From Raillietiella orientalis (Eukaryota), in assembly GCA_036172245.1 (NCBI GenBank), contig JAYWIR010000010.1, positions 1,984,001 through 2,048,000 of the forward strand: a stretch of DNA of 64,000 bases. Reading direction: 5' to 3'. Of the stretch, positions 1-11,969 are shown piece by piece; position 1 is the first letter of the stretch, and the number at the start of each line of letters is the position of its first letter. Under the pieces are notes generated by a model. The model did no database searches. It had not been told where the DNA came from and saw only the letters and a program-made list of their open reading frames with translations. The position numbers and the translations under genes are program-made.

Positions 1-21
1 AGGGCTCCATTTCCTGATTAA

Positions 22-758
22 CCCTAGAGGGGTAACGTGACCACTTTGTGCATAAATGGTTACGTAATGCCATATAGGACACCGATTAAAATGCGAGAAT
101 TTTTCATAAAAATTTCATTTTGTTGATGAATTACAATTATCTTTACAAATTATTTTGAAAGTTATTTGCACATTCACAACATAAAGCCCTTCGGTGTCGG
201 GCACACGTGACTTTTTTTCAACAGGTACGCTTTTCCCTTCCTTTCCGGCTGGCGGAACGTGGAGGGACATTTCGCAGCGCTCATGGATCCCTAAAGGTTC
301 TCTCGGCACCCCACTCGGATCTTTATTTTGTGCAGATGAAATCGAATTTCACAAAGAACGAGACGAACTTTTTCCCGGTAACCGGCGTTCCATGTGAGAA
401 GCTGTTGGAAGCTGGTGTGGCTTTCTGCTTCCGTATTTCCGCCATCTAAATCTTGGTCTTCATCAGATGAGAACTCTTCCCAATCAGTTTCTCCTCTTTC
501 ATAGCTTCCAATCAACCCTTCATTTTGCGTTGAGCATTCCATTATGGGAGGCCATGGGTGCACATTTTTTTCTATGTAAAAGGGAACGTGGTGTCTCATG
601 CGAGGCAACCGGAAAGAAAGCCAGCCGAAGTGCACGCCGTTGCGACTACAAGAACACGGAATGCTTAGTAACAGGTCGTAGCTAGGGCGGCGTGCTCTCG
701 ACACGGACTGACCACGGCAGAGAGCCTGCACATTTTGGTTCCTGTGTGCCGTACAGGG
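22..758 (-). mobile_element. Internally deleted piggyBac-like DNA transposon
   Basis: TTAA on both sides (18-21, 759-762) with CCCT...AGGG ends; the TIRs are otherwise degenerate. The minus strand keeps an acidic N-terminal piece (WEEFSSDEDQDLD) and a frameshifted Cys-rich C-terminus (RCEM..PRSASRKGREKRTC*KKVTCARHRRALCCEC) typical of piggyBac transposases. Confidence 0.7.
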
Positions 759-1882
759 TTAAAACTTGAACTTGCTTTTTTTCCCGTCGTCCGCTCAACC
801 CCTTTCGAGTCTGCTCAAACTCTTTTCGTTCCCTCGTTTCCACCTTACATGTCGCTTCTCCATATTTTGGGTTACTTCAATTGCTTCCTCCCTCAAGCAA
901 GTGAATCCACAAAGTTGGCTCCTTACGCGTTCTTGTTTTTTTTCTGCGACTCGGCGTTGGTTCCCGACATTCGCGAAAGCATGCCTTGAGGAAGGATTGC
1001 GTGAAGAAACAAAAAAGCCTTGACCTTCACGATGTTTGGTAGAATGACAGGGTGGATCGTGGCTTCCCCGATCATGGCGTCAAATTTTACGTGATGAGGT
1101 TGAAACCTCGAGAACACAAGAGGTGGAAGGTAAGGGAAGAAATGAAATGAAATAAAAAAAAGTGAAATTTCTGCGCAGTGTCTGGAGAATTTTGCAGCTC
1201 AAGGCTTCAGTCATTGGCAAAACTTCACTCTGTTCTCAGTTATTGGATTCACATTCTTTCTTGTAGGTTTTCGATCTGTACTGAAAGCAAAAAAGAAGGT
1301 TCTGTAGTATTAGAAGACAAAAAAAAGAAAGAAAGTTGCCAAGGATTCTTTCCGTTTTCACAGCATGTTGCATTTTTTCCCGAAAAAACATCAGGATGCC
1401 TCTGAGTACCAGAGAAGGAATCAACAGAGTTACCTATCGAATTCTCAAGGGAATCGTAACTTTTAAGAAACTTGGCAGAATTGATGAAAGGATGCTGGAA
1501 AAGGGAATGGTTGACATTGCTGTAGAAAGTGCTCTCTTCGCTTCGAAACGTCGTCATTGGAGTGGAAGAGATTGTCAATGCATGATTAAGGAAAGAGAAC
1601 GAAGGGGAACTCTCTTTGTAGCTTTGCTGATCACGTCTCGTCTCAAGCTCCAGACCAACACGAAAGCTATTTTTTCAAGTTCTTTCAAGGACACACGTGT
1701 ATGGGGCACATTCCTGGACTTTGGGGATACGAGTTCGGACATAAGTTTTGACGTTCCGAGTTACAGAGCACCTTCTCTCGCTCCTACGACGCAACTAAAT
1801 CTGTTCCCTCTGTGTGGTCGCGCTATACCAACCTGAATGTGCTGTCTGCTGATGTATCGGAAGTTGAGGGACACACTTAGAG

Positions 1883-2134
1883 AAGCGTTCCCCAAACTTT
1901 CCCTGTGACGGAACACTTCACAAATCCTGAAATTTTAACGGAATACCTTGCGTATTTTATAGGGTAGGTAGACATAATAAATAGATTAAGCGAGTGAATA
2001 TAAGAGTTAAGAAAACGAAACAAACATTTATTCTCAAATCTTAATTGTGTAAAATTTTCATAATTTTTCACGGGGCACCTATTGACTTTCCGTGGAACAC
2101 CAGTGTTCCGCGGTACATAGTTTGGGAAACTTTG
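1883..2134. mobile_element. hAT (Charlie-like) MITE
   Basis: Imperfect TIRs AGCGTTCCCCAAACT ... AGTTTGGGAAACTTTG, subterminal GGAACAC/GTGTTCC motifs and an AT-rich interior. No clear TSD. Confidence 0.6.
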
Positions 2135-2569
2135 AGGCGCAAGAGATCGTGTTGCAGTTCCTCCACCGATCTGTCGGCAAGCCGTTGTGCAGTTTTCTCT
2201 TTCTTTTTCCTGTCCTGGCAATAGAATGACCCAGGGTGTGCACACAGCAACTGCGGGGGTGGGGATTATGATTTTTGTTTGTGAGCCAGCACGGCTCTTC
2301 CCTATGAAGATGAGGACAGAATCAGAACCAGCGGCACTCTCTTTGGTGCCTCACATCCTGTGATGTAAACGCTGTTGCTTCGTTCTCAAAATGGCAATTT
2401 TGTGCAATGAAAGTACATTTCGTTGGAATAGTTTGTAGAGACTCAGTATCGCGGCTCGGAGCAAGCTGGGAAGAGGGCACACACTGCGTCATCGACGTCA
2501 CAGACTGCCAACAGGGAGGATGACTGTAGAAAGCTTCCAGTTCAGGAAAATCTCGGACAACCCCAGCTC

Positions 2570-2800
2570 GAATGGGGACCAGGAAAAAATCCGTCTGCTC
2601 AACTGTGCAAAATTGGTTACTCATGAGGAGAACCCACTGAAAGCGCTCCAGGCATTAGAAATAGCTGCGTGCAAGCAAACTGCTTCAAGTCCCAAGAGCA
2701 TCAAGAGCTCGGCCCTATCAAATCATGCGGCAAATAAAGGTTCCATCTTGCTGCGCATGTCTTGGGATTAATGCAAGTGCTGGCGCTAGTGGTTCTTTCG
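2570..2800 (+). mobile_element. Possible Penelope-like GIY-YIG endonuclease remnant
   Basis: KLVTHEENPLKALQALEIA and KSSALSNH resemble C-terminal GIY-YIG motifs of Penelope-like elements. Highly degenerate. Confidence 0.3.
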
Positions 2801-4554
2801 CGACTAAAATCACACTTCGTCTAGTTCCGGGAGGTGAATCGCCTCAGAGTTCATCACCATTAGTCTTCGGACCGCCAAGTGTTATGAGGAAAGCTTAGAA
2901 AGCATAGCCGGTCGGATTCAGCGGCCTGAGGGTAAATGCGTGACCATGCGCTTCCTCTTCTGCATACAAGACGGTGGAGTGCAATGAACGGTTCCTGTCA
3001 TCTGATATTCTCGGGGAATGCTACCCGCTGTTGAGTGCTGAGCAGTTCGGATGGCATCAAACGTTCATTCCCTCGCCATGAAGCGCATTTCTCACAGAAA
3101 AGTGGTACCGTCGAACGTGGACCACGCATGTGAGCACTCGGAGGATTTGTTCTCCCCAAAGCTAGAAAGCACGGATGGTGGATACGCACAAACGCGACGT
3201 TCAGAGCACTCGAAAGAGAAGTTTCGACCTGCAGCCCACGGATCTGAAATTTCGAGGACGCCATCCAATAGCTGCTCTCCAGCGTGATGATCTTTGACCC
3301 AGGACGGTTTTGACTTTGTCATTCTTTCGGCGGGTGAGCGGTCATTGCACCTTGAGCTCTCAAGGTGCTGTCTTCTCAGATGGTTTCCAGGGTGGCAGCA
3401 CAGCACCCTTGCTTTTCAGAGAAGGCACGATGAGCAGTGTGCCAGTGCGGTAAGAGTGGTTACGTGCTAAGTTGTTTTTCAGGTTCCACTTTGCGTGCTC
3501 TCTGCGACAGCATCTGGAAGACGTGAAGAAATACGCTGCTGTCGCAGAGTACAGGACCTGCGCAGCAGGATTGCCAGTAGCATTGCGCAGTTACGTTTCG
3601 TGATGAAGCTCAGTGACTGATCATAGCCTGGACACGATCCCAGTAACTGAATGTACTTACGTGGAAATTGTAGGGAAACGCTTACGTGCCTTCTGATTTT
3701 ACGGGAGAAAGTAAAACAAGCAAGCAAGATGTGTTCGTCACTGTCCACTTGTTACCGCAATTTCCCGTTTCATTTTGAAGAAGCAGCTTTCATACGTTTA
3801 CCACACGTTAGGCTAGGAAGGCATTGTACACAACCTTGCTGCGTACGTAGTAAGTGCCTTGCTGCGGCAGTGCTTTCAGAGGTAGAAGTTCTCCGTCTTC
3901 TTGCGCCCATGAAAGTTCAAGTGGCAATAAAAAAAAAAAGAAACATGTCGCCATTTATTATAATTGCACTGATATCTTAATGACTTGTTTTGATCCATCG
4001 TTTCAATCGATCGCGGACGTTGGTTTGAAATTGAGCCATGCGTACCGATGCGTTTCCTGATTAGCACTGGCATTTCCTGAAGCCAATCCTAATCGATTCC
4101 GAGAACGGAACCATGGCAACCGTGCTCCTTGCTTAAAACGATATAACCACGATAGGCATCTTTTTTTCCCCCCTCTGTTGCCTAAAGATACTGATCAGGT
4201 GAGCGCAGGGAGTCCTTACATTCATGTAGTGTGTCCATTGAGAGGTATTGTTCGAGAACACTCGTCCTTTCATCCTAAAGATGGAAACAGATGTTACTGG
4301 TCTGACAGTGATGTCGAATTTGATCCTGTTGCGACCCCTATCGGGAAAAATTAATTTCCTTGACAACTTTCATGCATGATCGATCAATCGCCAGTGTCGC
4401 TTTTCGTGATTCAGTCCTGCCTTGACCTTAACGTTTTCCTCTTTGCTATGCCACCTGACCTTTGAACTACATCCGGCAACGCCGGCAGCAGTGGAAACAT
4501 TATGATGATGGCTGATAAGTGTATCTGCACGGTTTCCCTCGCTCTCTTTTAGTG

Positions 4555-4630
4555 CGGCGAATTCCCGGGTGGCATTCGAACCCGCAACGCTTGGTGCCAC
4601 GTGAGCGACCGTGGCCACAAGGCCGCTGAA
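4555..4630 (-). repeat. Isolated tRNA-derived SINE head
   Basis: Minus strand CAGCGGCCTTGTGGCC...GCGGGTTCGAATGCC (A and B boxes) matches the heads at 8583 and 29935. Confidence 0.6.
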
Positions 4631-4879
4631 GGACTTGGCGGCACTGCACTGTGCGGGCGATCTCTTCGTCGTTCCGTTGCCGTGAGGCGATGACACTTTG
4701 GCTCGACACACCATGGCAACTGCTAGGCAGTGTAGTTTATCGTTCATGTTGACAATCATGTAACAGGTACAAGGGGGATAGTGGACATTCTTCCGCAGTT
4801 CCTCCTCTCTTCATCTGGGGCTCTCGTCGCCCCTCTTCATGTTTCTCCCTCCGCTTCCTGCTCCCCGTATGGTAAGAGA

Positions 4880-5700
4880 TGGGGTTCTCTGACTGGTTGT
4901 AGGTTTTCCGTGTGACGTGGGCTGTATAAATATGGCTGGAGTGCCGATGCACGAAGCCACCATCCGGTGCCTATCGTCACCAATCGCTTCGGAATTCCCA
5001 AGATCCTGCAGCACTTCCTCGTTACCTGGATCCCAGGCTCCCAGGGAACCAATGATGAAAGCACGGACTCTGCAGTTTTCTCCCTCTGCTTAGCTGGAGG
5101 GCCGCTTCTTTGTGCTTTTCCTCTTTGCTTCTTTTGGAACTGCTAAACGTCTCTCTTCCATTTTTGAATGGGCAGCGGAAGTCCATCACGAATACCCGGT
5201 TTCCTTTTTCCATTAACAGATCCGATATTAGGAGGGAATTTGTTCCTGGAACTCTCTGGTTACTGAACATGAGGGTCCATTTCGCGTCATCCACCGCGGT
5301 CTTTCTGATTATCTCTTCTTGACTTGCATTGTGGGGTGCAATGGACATAGGAGTGTGTCTCCTGCATCTGTTTCGTATGTGAGACAGCGTTTCATCTTCT
5401 GTCCTGTAGCGCAGACATGCGCGTCCTTCCGATTGCATCTTCTGCCCATCCATGACTGGCTTTCCTCTTTTCCTTCTCCTCTGTGGTCTGTTGGAACCTC
5501 GACAGGGGGAGAGATGACGACAGGAGGTGAGCTGCAGAAGCAGCCCTGAGCCCCTCCGATCTGGTGCCACTCCGAGAGATCCATAGGATCCTAGGGGAGG
5601 AAGCGTTAGGATTTCGTCGCCTGGTCGGACAGAAGAGTTTATTCGAACAGAAATGAACAAGCAAGCTGGCAACGGTTCCCTGCAAAGAGGAGCAAAAAGT
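4880..5700 (-). mobile_element. Utopia/NeSL-like non-LTR retrotransposon C-terminal fragment (CCHC plus restriction-like endonuclease)
   Basis: Ordered motifs ETLSHIRNRC..HNA, NQRVPGTNSLLISDLL..VFVMDFRCPFKNGRETF..K..K, FIIGSLGAWDPGNEEVL and SSHIYTAHVT. These mirror the Utopia-type C-terminus (ETLPHV..C..RHNA, VPG..LRPD..DVTVPFEN, IVGALGSWDP.NE, WSRDIY.EH). Frameshifted. Confidence 0.8.
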
Positions 5701-5789
5701 TCTTCGTTAGGGAACTCCGGCATGCAGACCGGATTTTCAAGAAGTCTGAAGCGTGAGGACAAACAAATCGATAAAAGTAGGCTGAGGGC

Positions 5790-6055
5790 AGGGGTAGGGA
5801 TTTTTGGTTCCGGCCCTCCCTTCTGCAGAATTCACTAGGAAAAGTCCGAAACGGGTGGAGAAGAACCACAACTATATAAAACAAAAAAAGATGGGGAGGG
5901 ATTGTACCCTACATTTGTGTTTGGAATAAGCCGCTCTTTCATTCCTAGAACCAGCGCTGCATGCCAGCGATCTCCGCCTTCACTTCTTCCAGATGAGGCC
6001 ACCTCGCAGCCGTCCTCGTGTGGGCGACTGCCGTCACAATGACCTCTCTTGCGGT
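5790..6055 (-). mobile_element. L1/Tx1-like LINE family A, short 3' fragment
   Basis: Ends in TAARWPHLEEVKAEIAGMQRWF*, homologous to the ORF2 ends at ~6800 and ~60950. Confidence 0.7.
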
Positions 6056-6074
6056 AGGAGGCGTTATGGTTCTG

Positions 6075-7068
6075 GGCTGTGCATCAGGAAGTTCCGCTCC
6101 TGGAACTTCGGAGCCTGCGGCTTCCCTTGAGCGACTCACTGGAAGATGTGGTGCAGGACCAGGACAAGTGGATTCGCCTGGCCGCCACGCCCCGTGCCGC
6201 AGTACTGTCTGTCCTAGGAGCAAGCGACGACAGTTGCCTACCGGCGGGGTGGAAGGTCGCCTACACGACTGCAGAAGAAACCAGACCCACGGGCCCACTG
6301 GAAGACGAGCGAGCTGGCAGACGTGGCCACTGGTAATTGGGCGAAGGGGCTCCTTCAGTGCAGAGAACTGTTCAGTGTGCCCCTGTGCGTGCACATGTCT
6401 GTGTTCCCCCTTCACACGCTTCTGCTGTCGACATTGGGGTTTCCATTGCAATCAGCGCGCATCTGGTTTCCGGGAGAGTTGCCTCCTCGAACTGTAGAAG
6501 GTGTGGGGCGGTGGAATCGCTCCCGTTTCTGCTCTTCGACTGTGGTGCCTTCCAGGGACTGCGGTGGAGACTACCTTCGGAGCTCCTGCATCAGGGGGAC
6601 ACCGCCATCGACGTCTTGCCCCGCTTGTTCACTCGTGGCGGCCTTTCGCTAAGCGTGGTCATCACAACGATCTGTTGCATCCACGCCATCGTCGTGGCCC
6701 ACCACGTATTGCAATCGCAAGAGATACCCCAGGGAGGTTACCAGGATTGCAGCTACCAACACGAGGACGACAGCCAGGTAGTCTCACTTCAACGAAGAAG
6801 TCAGGAAGGAGATCGCCCTCATTCTGCGCCGATTCTGAAACGAAGGAACGGCCGAACTTGAAGACCCCTGTTCCCACCCACCCCCATAGTTTTTTTTATA
6901 TTTTTTAATATATATTTGTGGTTCTCTCCCCTACCGTTCCGGGACTTCAGAGTTCCTGACTTGCATGTCGAAGAGTTCTCCTCTTATTATCCCTTAGTCT
7001 GGGAACTTAGTCCACAGATGGTTTGTTCATTTTATTTGAATGAACGACCCGGGAAGCCGGGTAATAAA
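6075..7068 (+). mobile_element. L1/Tx1-like LINE family A, 5'-truncated copy
   Basis: PAGWKV motif, CCHC finger CRRCGAVESLPFLLFDC, ORF end and structured 3' UTR ending CCCGGGAAGCCGGGTAATAAA. Confidence 0.8.
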
Positions 7069-7229
7069 TGACCTCTCTTCTCTGAGTCTGCGTCTCAAGC
7101 ACATGCTGGACTGTGGAGACGGCGCGACAGCGTTTCGCTTGGAGCTTGGCTGAGTAGAAGGTCGGACGGACAAAAAGCAGGGGGCAGAGGATGGGGGCCA
7201 AGGAAGCGTCCCAAATCCGCTCCTGCAAG

Positions 7230-7400
7230 ACGGATGTGCCATCTCGGAACGGGCCGTGGGCCACCTCAGCCTTTCGAAGGCGATCCGACCGCGCTTCGGC
7301 GGCGCCGTTGCCGCCCGGTGGAACGCCGAGGTACTTGAAGTGCCTGTCCGCGGGGACCCCAAGTGGGTCCAGCCGGACGGCTCCTCCCACGACTCATCCA
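7230..7400 (-). mobile_element. Non-LTR reverse transcriptase fragment (RT domain 7)
   Basis: RHFKYLGVP motif, with a homologous copy at 44670-44800. Confidence 0.65.
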
Positions 7401-7979
7401 CGGGGACGACCACGCCCTTCTTGCTTCTGTCGACGTGCCCTCATGCTCCCTGACGAACCAGCCTGAAGAAGTCCCCGAGTCTGGACTCCGGGATGGAGCG
7501 GAATACTGGAAGGAAGCCATGCTGACAGTGCGTGGCTCCTCTCGCTCTTGCAGATGACCTTCCTCTTGGAACCAGCCATAGACAATGCAGTCTGGGAAGG
7601 TAAAAAAAAAAATTTCTTTTCTTTTCGCGATTCCGGGGACGGGTGTCCTTTGGCTGTTGAATATTCATTCCTGTGGGGACGGGCGTCCCCCACTCGCGTA
7701 GGTTTGACGTCCGGGCCGCTGGGACAGGCGTCTTCCGGCTACCGGATGGCTCGCACCCTTTTTCTGAGACCGTAGGACCATCACGTCCTCAAAGGAAGGC
7801 AGCAGCGATTCTGGAAGAAGACGAGGAATGGGACCAGGCAACGTGGCTGAACCGTATGAGAACACGTCAGCGAGTATCGGTCAGGAAAGTGGGAATGTGG
7901 GGGGAGCGTTTCAGGAGCGGCGACTTTAGAGCCAACATCGACGAAAGACAAGGTCATGGGCAGCTCAGGAAGCGCGACT

Positions 7980-8350
7980 GGTCGTGTGGGGTCGAGTCGG
8001 ACGCCACCGAGTGGTCGCACTCGATCGGCCTCGTCGCCACCAACGTCTGCGCTCCGAGCAACCCCTGATGGGGTGCCGCTCGAACTCGGTCCTCGCACAG
8101 AGGAAGGAATGGTCAGCCAACACGGGACGCGAGGAGGCGATTTCAACATAAAGTGGGGCGCGTGGGCAGTGGAGAATCAGTTGTGCTCAGCCAGCTTGTT
8201 GGCCGTCCAATCCAAGATGGAGGGCTGCATCGATCGCGTCCACGAGCACTTTTGGTCGTCGAGACCAAAGGTGCTGGTGGGTCGGCAACCGGAGCAGGAT
8301 AAGAAGGACGCCCTCCGACCAAGACTGGATCGGGGCCGGGGTTATTCCAT
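7980..8350 (+). mobile_element. APE endonuclease fragment of an L1-clade element
   Basis: ATNVCAP, GGDFN and RLDR in the correct order across a frameshift (canonical NVYAP, GDFN, RIDR). Confidence 0.7.
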
Positions 8351-8582
8351 TCAATGGGGGCCCTCCTTTGAACCTGAAGCAGCCGATCCCTCAGCAAGAG
8401 GTGAAGCTCCCCGCAGCTTCCTTCGAGGTTTCTCCGTGTAACAGGACAGGGACGAATCAAACTCGTGTTAGAGACTCGACTTGGACTGCCTTCCCGCGGA
8501 GGCGGGGATGCGCTGCGAGCACGCGCACCTCTAGAAGAGAGGACCTTGGTCGCCTGGCAGAGAACAGGGCCAAGGCTGAGCC

Positions 8583-9316
8583 CGCATCAGCGGCCCCGTG
8601 GCTGCAGTCTCTCTGCGCGTGGTAGCAGCCAGTACTGCGGGTTCGAATCCCGACCAGGGAAGGGAAAATCGATGCCAAGAACGGGGGGCGCGTCGTGGGT
8701 TTCGAGTCTCCCCCGAAGGATGACGCCGGTTGACCTCGGTTGGCTTTGAGTGTGTCACAGGTGGGAGCCCGATGCCCAGCGAAGGGATGCCCCCCCACAT
8801 GGGATTAGAAATCGACCCTTCGGGATTTTTCCAGGAACCAAGGAGCCAGTTCCCTTCGAAATTGCCCTCCGCTTGCGAAAATGAAGCCGTGGTGCCATGG
8901 AGATGGTTGATGCCCTCCTCAGGGTTCCAGAAGTGCGCTGCTCCCTCCGGGTAGCGCCCTCCAGAGAAATTGGAAAGCGTCCCTTTGGGGTTCTTTTCAG
9001 AAGAAGAAACAGGGAGCAGGTCCTTTCCCGGGGATCCCTCCGGAAAAGAAATGAGTAGTGATGTCCACTGCGGTTCCTCTGGAGAGAATAAGGAAGAGGT
9101 TCCCTTCGGGGTTCCCTCTTAAGCGTGAAAGAAACGGATTCCTTCCTCCGGAGCCTTCCTGGATCCATGGGGTGTCCCTCCGGGGTTGCCCCTTACAATC
9201 TGAAGGGTGACACGCACCCTGGGGTGGCATGGGTAGCGTCAAAGAGAGTTCCGTGAGCTCCCCCTCTCCCAAGGAGGCGAGAAGTTCTTCAGCATTCCTT
9301 GAGAACCAAAAAAAAA
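8583..9316 (+). mobile_element. tRNA-headed SINE with ~40 bp VNTR, copy 1
   Basis: B box GTTCGAATCC at 8641, second B-like box at ~8698, tandem units at ~8930-9160, tail TTCTTCAGCATTCCTTGAGAACC plus an A-run. At least six homologous copies in the window. Confidence 0.8.
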
Positions 9317-9349
9317 GCTGGAAGGAAAACAGAGAAGCAGAAAAGAACC

Positions 9350-10242
9350 CCAGAGAATTTGCATCGCTCAGTTCTGGAAGCAAGGGACAGAATAATCCCG
9401 GCAAGGTGGGAAGTGACGTGCTGTGTAGCAGCAAAGAAGAAACTTCTGGGCGAGTGGACAACTCGGAAAGGGACAGGCGCTGCGACTCAAAGTGTCCCCA
9501 CCCAAAGGATCTCTCCGCTCGGGCAAGCTTCTGGGAATTCTCCTCGGAACCTGACCCTCAGTGTTGGAGGACAACAGCACCCTCCCTCTTAAGTGACAGG
9601 TTTCGGCGTTGCTGCTGCTGCTGCATTGGGGAATCCCATGCAAAGCGCGACTCCACCGCTGGACGCTAGGGAGTGTGCGGAGTGCGACCGGTTCCTTCAC
9701 TGCACTGCCCCCCGGAAACTGGAGACGTTTCGCAACAGCCCTCCGGGCCCCTGGGAGCAATAGGGGTCAGAAACGTTGCCAGACGCCTCTCCGTGAGCGA
9801 TGCACCTGCCACGAGTCACGTGCGTAGCAACTATGTGTTGCATGCCGAGGCATCCTGAGGGCACGGAACGCCACCAGATGAGGTCAACACGGCAGAGGTG
9901 CCAACCATCGGTGGGAACTCTTTCTGAGGATCGCCTCGAGACAGTCTCATCTAGGAAAAGATAGACACCAGCTTGCCAGCATCCTCCAGAACACGAACGG
10001 AACGTCACGGAACGCACGGTGATTTCTTGCCGACCTCCCAAACAAACATTCTTCATGACCACTTTGTTTGTTTTTATTGTTCTCCCCCCCCTCTCACCCT
10101 CCGTGCTATTCCCGCATCAAACACCTAGCGGCAAGGGGAAAAGAACTTTCTTTGTTCTTCGAACGTGGTAGAACCGAGCGTTCCACCGACAATGTAAATT
10201 ATTTTTTTTCATAATGAATGACCCGGCCAATCCGGGTGAAAA
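9350..10242 (+). mobile_element. L1/Tx1-like LINE family B 3' segment fused to the SINE tail
   Basis: ARDRIIPARWEV...LLHWGIPCKARLHRW...LASIL, followed by the hairpin 3' UTR ending CCCGGCCAATCCGGGTGAAAA. Confidence 0.75.
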
Positions 10243-10254
10243 GCGAAAAGCCCT

Positions 10255-10885
10255 TTGGGGCACAGGGAAGGGTCCCATGTTCTCCTGGAAGGCTTGCCTG
10301 CCCTGCGTCGGGATGGAGGAGGACTCATCCTCCTTCCTTATTCTCTCCGGAGGGGGTCTGCTCCATTTTTCTCCGAAGGGAGCCTGGAAAGGGCCTGCTA
10401 GTAGGAATTTCTTCTCTGGAGCTACTCACCGGGAAGGGAACCGCTCCTTGTTTCCTCTCCCTCTGAAGAGAACCCCGAAGGGACGCTTCCGAAATTCAGA
10501 AGGACGCTGCTTCCCCCAAGGAAGCGGCACGCTTCTCTGCACTCCCTGGAGAGGTGGCTACACACCTACTCCATCTGAACGACACGGAGGGGTCCCCCAC
10601 ACTGGGAGGTCCGCTCCTTTGCGCAACCGGAAGGGGAACTCCCCATTCCTTGATTCCTGGAAGGACCTCAAGGTGGACTTTCACTGTTCCGGCCCTCATC
10701 GAGGCATCCGTTTTGAACCACTACCATCGCCTCACCCGAATGAATGTAGGCCAACCAGCGTCATCTTGCGGGACGAAGTCGAACCCGCGACGCACTGCGT
10801 TGATTTCTATTGGAGTATTCGAACCTGCGCCTCATGGTACCACGCTCGGAGACCATCGTGACCACGTGGCTTCCGACGCGGGCTG
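10255..10885 (-). mobile_element. VNTR SINE copy 2 (tail truncated)
   Basis: Reverse-complement head (GGTTCGAAT, GATGACGCTGGTTGGCCT) and VNTR units at ~10300-10530. Confidence 0.75.
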
Positions 10886-11059
10886 GAGCGAATGGAGAGA
10901 CAGCTCCGGTTGAGGACGCTGGCTTTCGCGGCGAAGAATTGGAGCACCCACTGGTGCGTCCCCGCCTCGTCCAGAGGGAAGACCAGCTGCCAAGGACCAC
11001 CATCGTTTCTTGTGCGCAGCCACCGCAACGTGCCGCGCGCAGACCCCAACTCCAGCGGT

Positions 11060-11640
11060 TGGTTGCCCGGTGGAAGCAGGGAATCGTTTCCCGCGCGGGC
11101 GGCGATCCACGACGCGAGCACGGAGCCATCGCACCTCCTGCGGTGTTCCAGTTGCGCCCACTGTTGCTCTCTGAAAGGGATGGCCGAGAACCCCATAGGG
11201 AGCTTGTGGGCAGACAACGTCCCCCTTGCCGCAGAACCTCCCTCCCCAAGGGAGGAAAATGGTAGTTGCCAACCTGATGAGAAGTCTCCTGCGAAATCGC
11301 GTGCAAAAGGAAACCGATTAATCGATGGACAATGGGAAAACTCACCGACTCTGCAACCCCGAGTGCCCCAACCAGTAGATGAATCCTCTGGGCCCAGTTC
11401 CAGGGGATTTCCCCGGAAGAAGTGGTCCTGGTCCGCAGTGTTGATGATGGAACTTGCCGGAATCCTTAAGAGGATGCAGAGGACGCCGAACCACAGCCAG
11501 TGATCCTTTCCGAAGTCTCTCCCTGAAGTCTTTATTATGTTTTTCTTTTTGATTGATTCCCCTTTCTTCTGCGGGCGAGGCGAACCTCTCTGGTCTGCGT
11601 ACCGGCATCCTGGCATGCTCCCCTGGTCATTTTTGGACGT
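11060..11640 (+). mobile_element. LINE family B 3' fragment
   Basis: ARWKQ motif, ORF end ELAGILKRMQRTP, and GGT-CTGCGT-ACC 3' UTR hairpin at 11592-11603. Confidence 0.7.
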
Positions 11641-11969
11641 GTCAGGACCAGGAGTTTCGCCGCCATCTGTTTGTTTCAATAATAAGCGCCTCGGCGTGGC
11701 TGGATGGCAAGTGTGTGCCACCGAGGTACAAAAGTCACCTACCATTTTCTTCACCTCTGCTGAAGCCGAACCTCCCAACAGCAGACATGCAGTCCCAGAT
11801 TGCCGGACCTGTCGTTCAATCCTGGCCTCGTATCCGGCCAGCTTGCGCCTGGAGTGGGTTTCGCTCTTGTAGAAACATGCGGCTGCTCCCGATACCCTCC
11901 TCGAAGCCTCGGTGCAGGAAGTGTGGTGGGATGCTGGACGCAAAACTGCCGGGCAGAGTCCTCAAGTAG

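Noticed and set aside
4727..4741. AGTGTAGT resembling U2 snRNA next to the Utopia-like element
   Set aside because: Only about 8 nt match, it is in the opposite orientation to that expected, and no further U2 sequence follows.
8590..8660. Functional tRNA genes at the GGTTCGAATCC motifs
   Set aside because: No intact cloverleaf or acceptor stem; nearly all continue into SINE body sequence.
11274..11300. Hammerhead ribozyme core CTGATGA...GAAA (also ~460 minus and ~44304)
   Set aside because: Stem II and the flanking stems do not pair, and the motif is not conserved in homologous copies.
10807..11943. 378 aa ORF, and similar long ORFs such as 31781-32833 and 47383-48240
   Set aside because: These are antisense or off-frame readings across GC-rich repeat junctions, with no domain signature.
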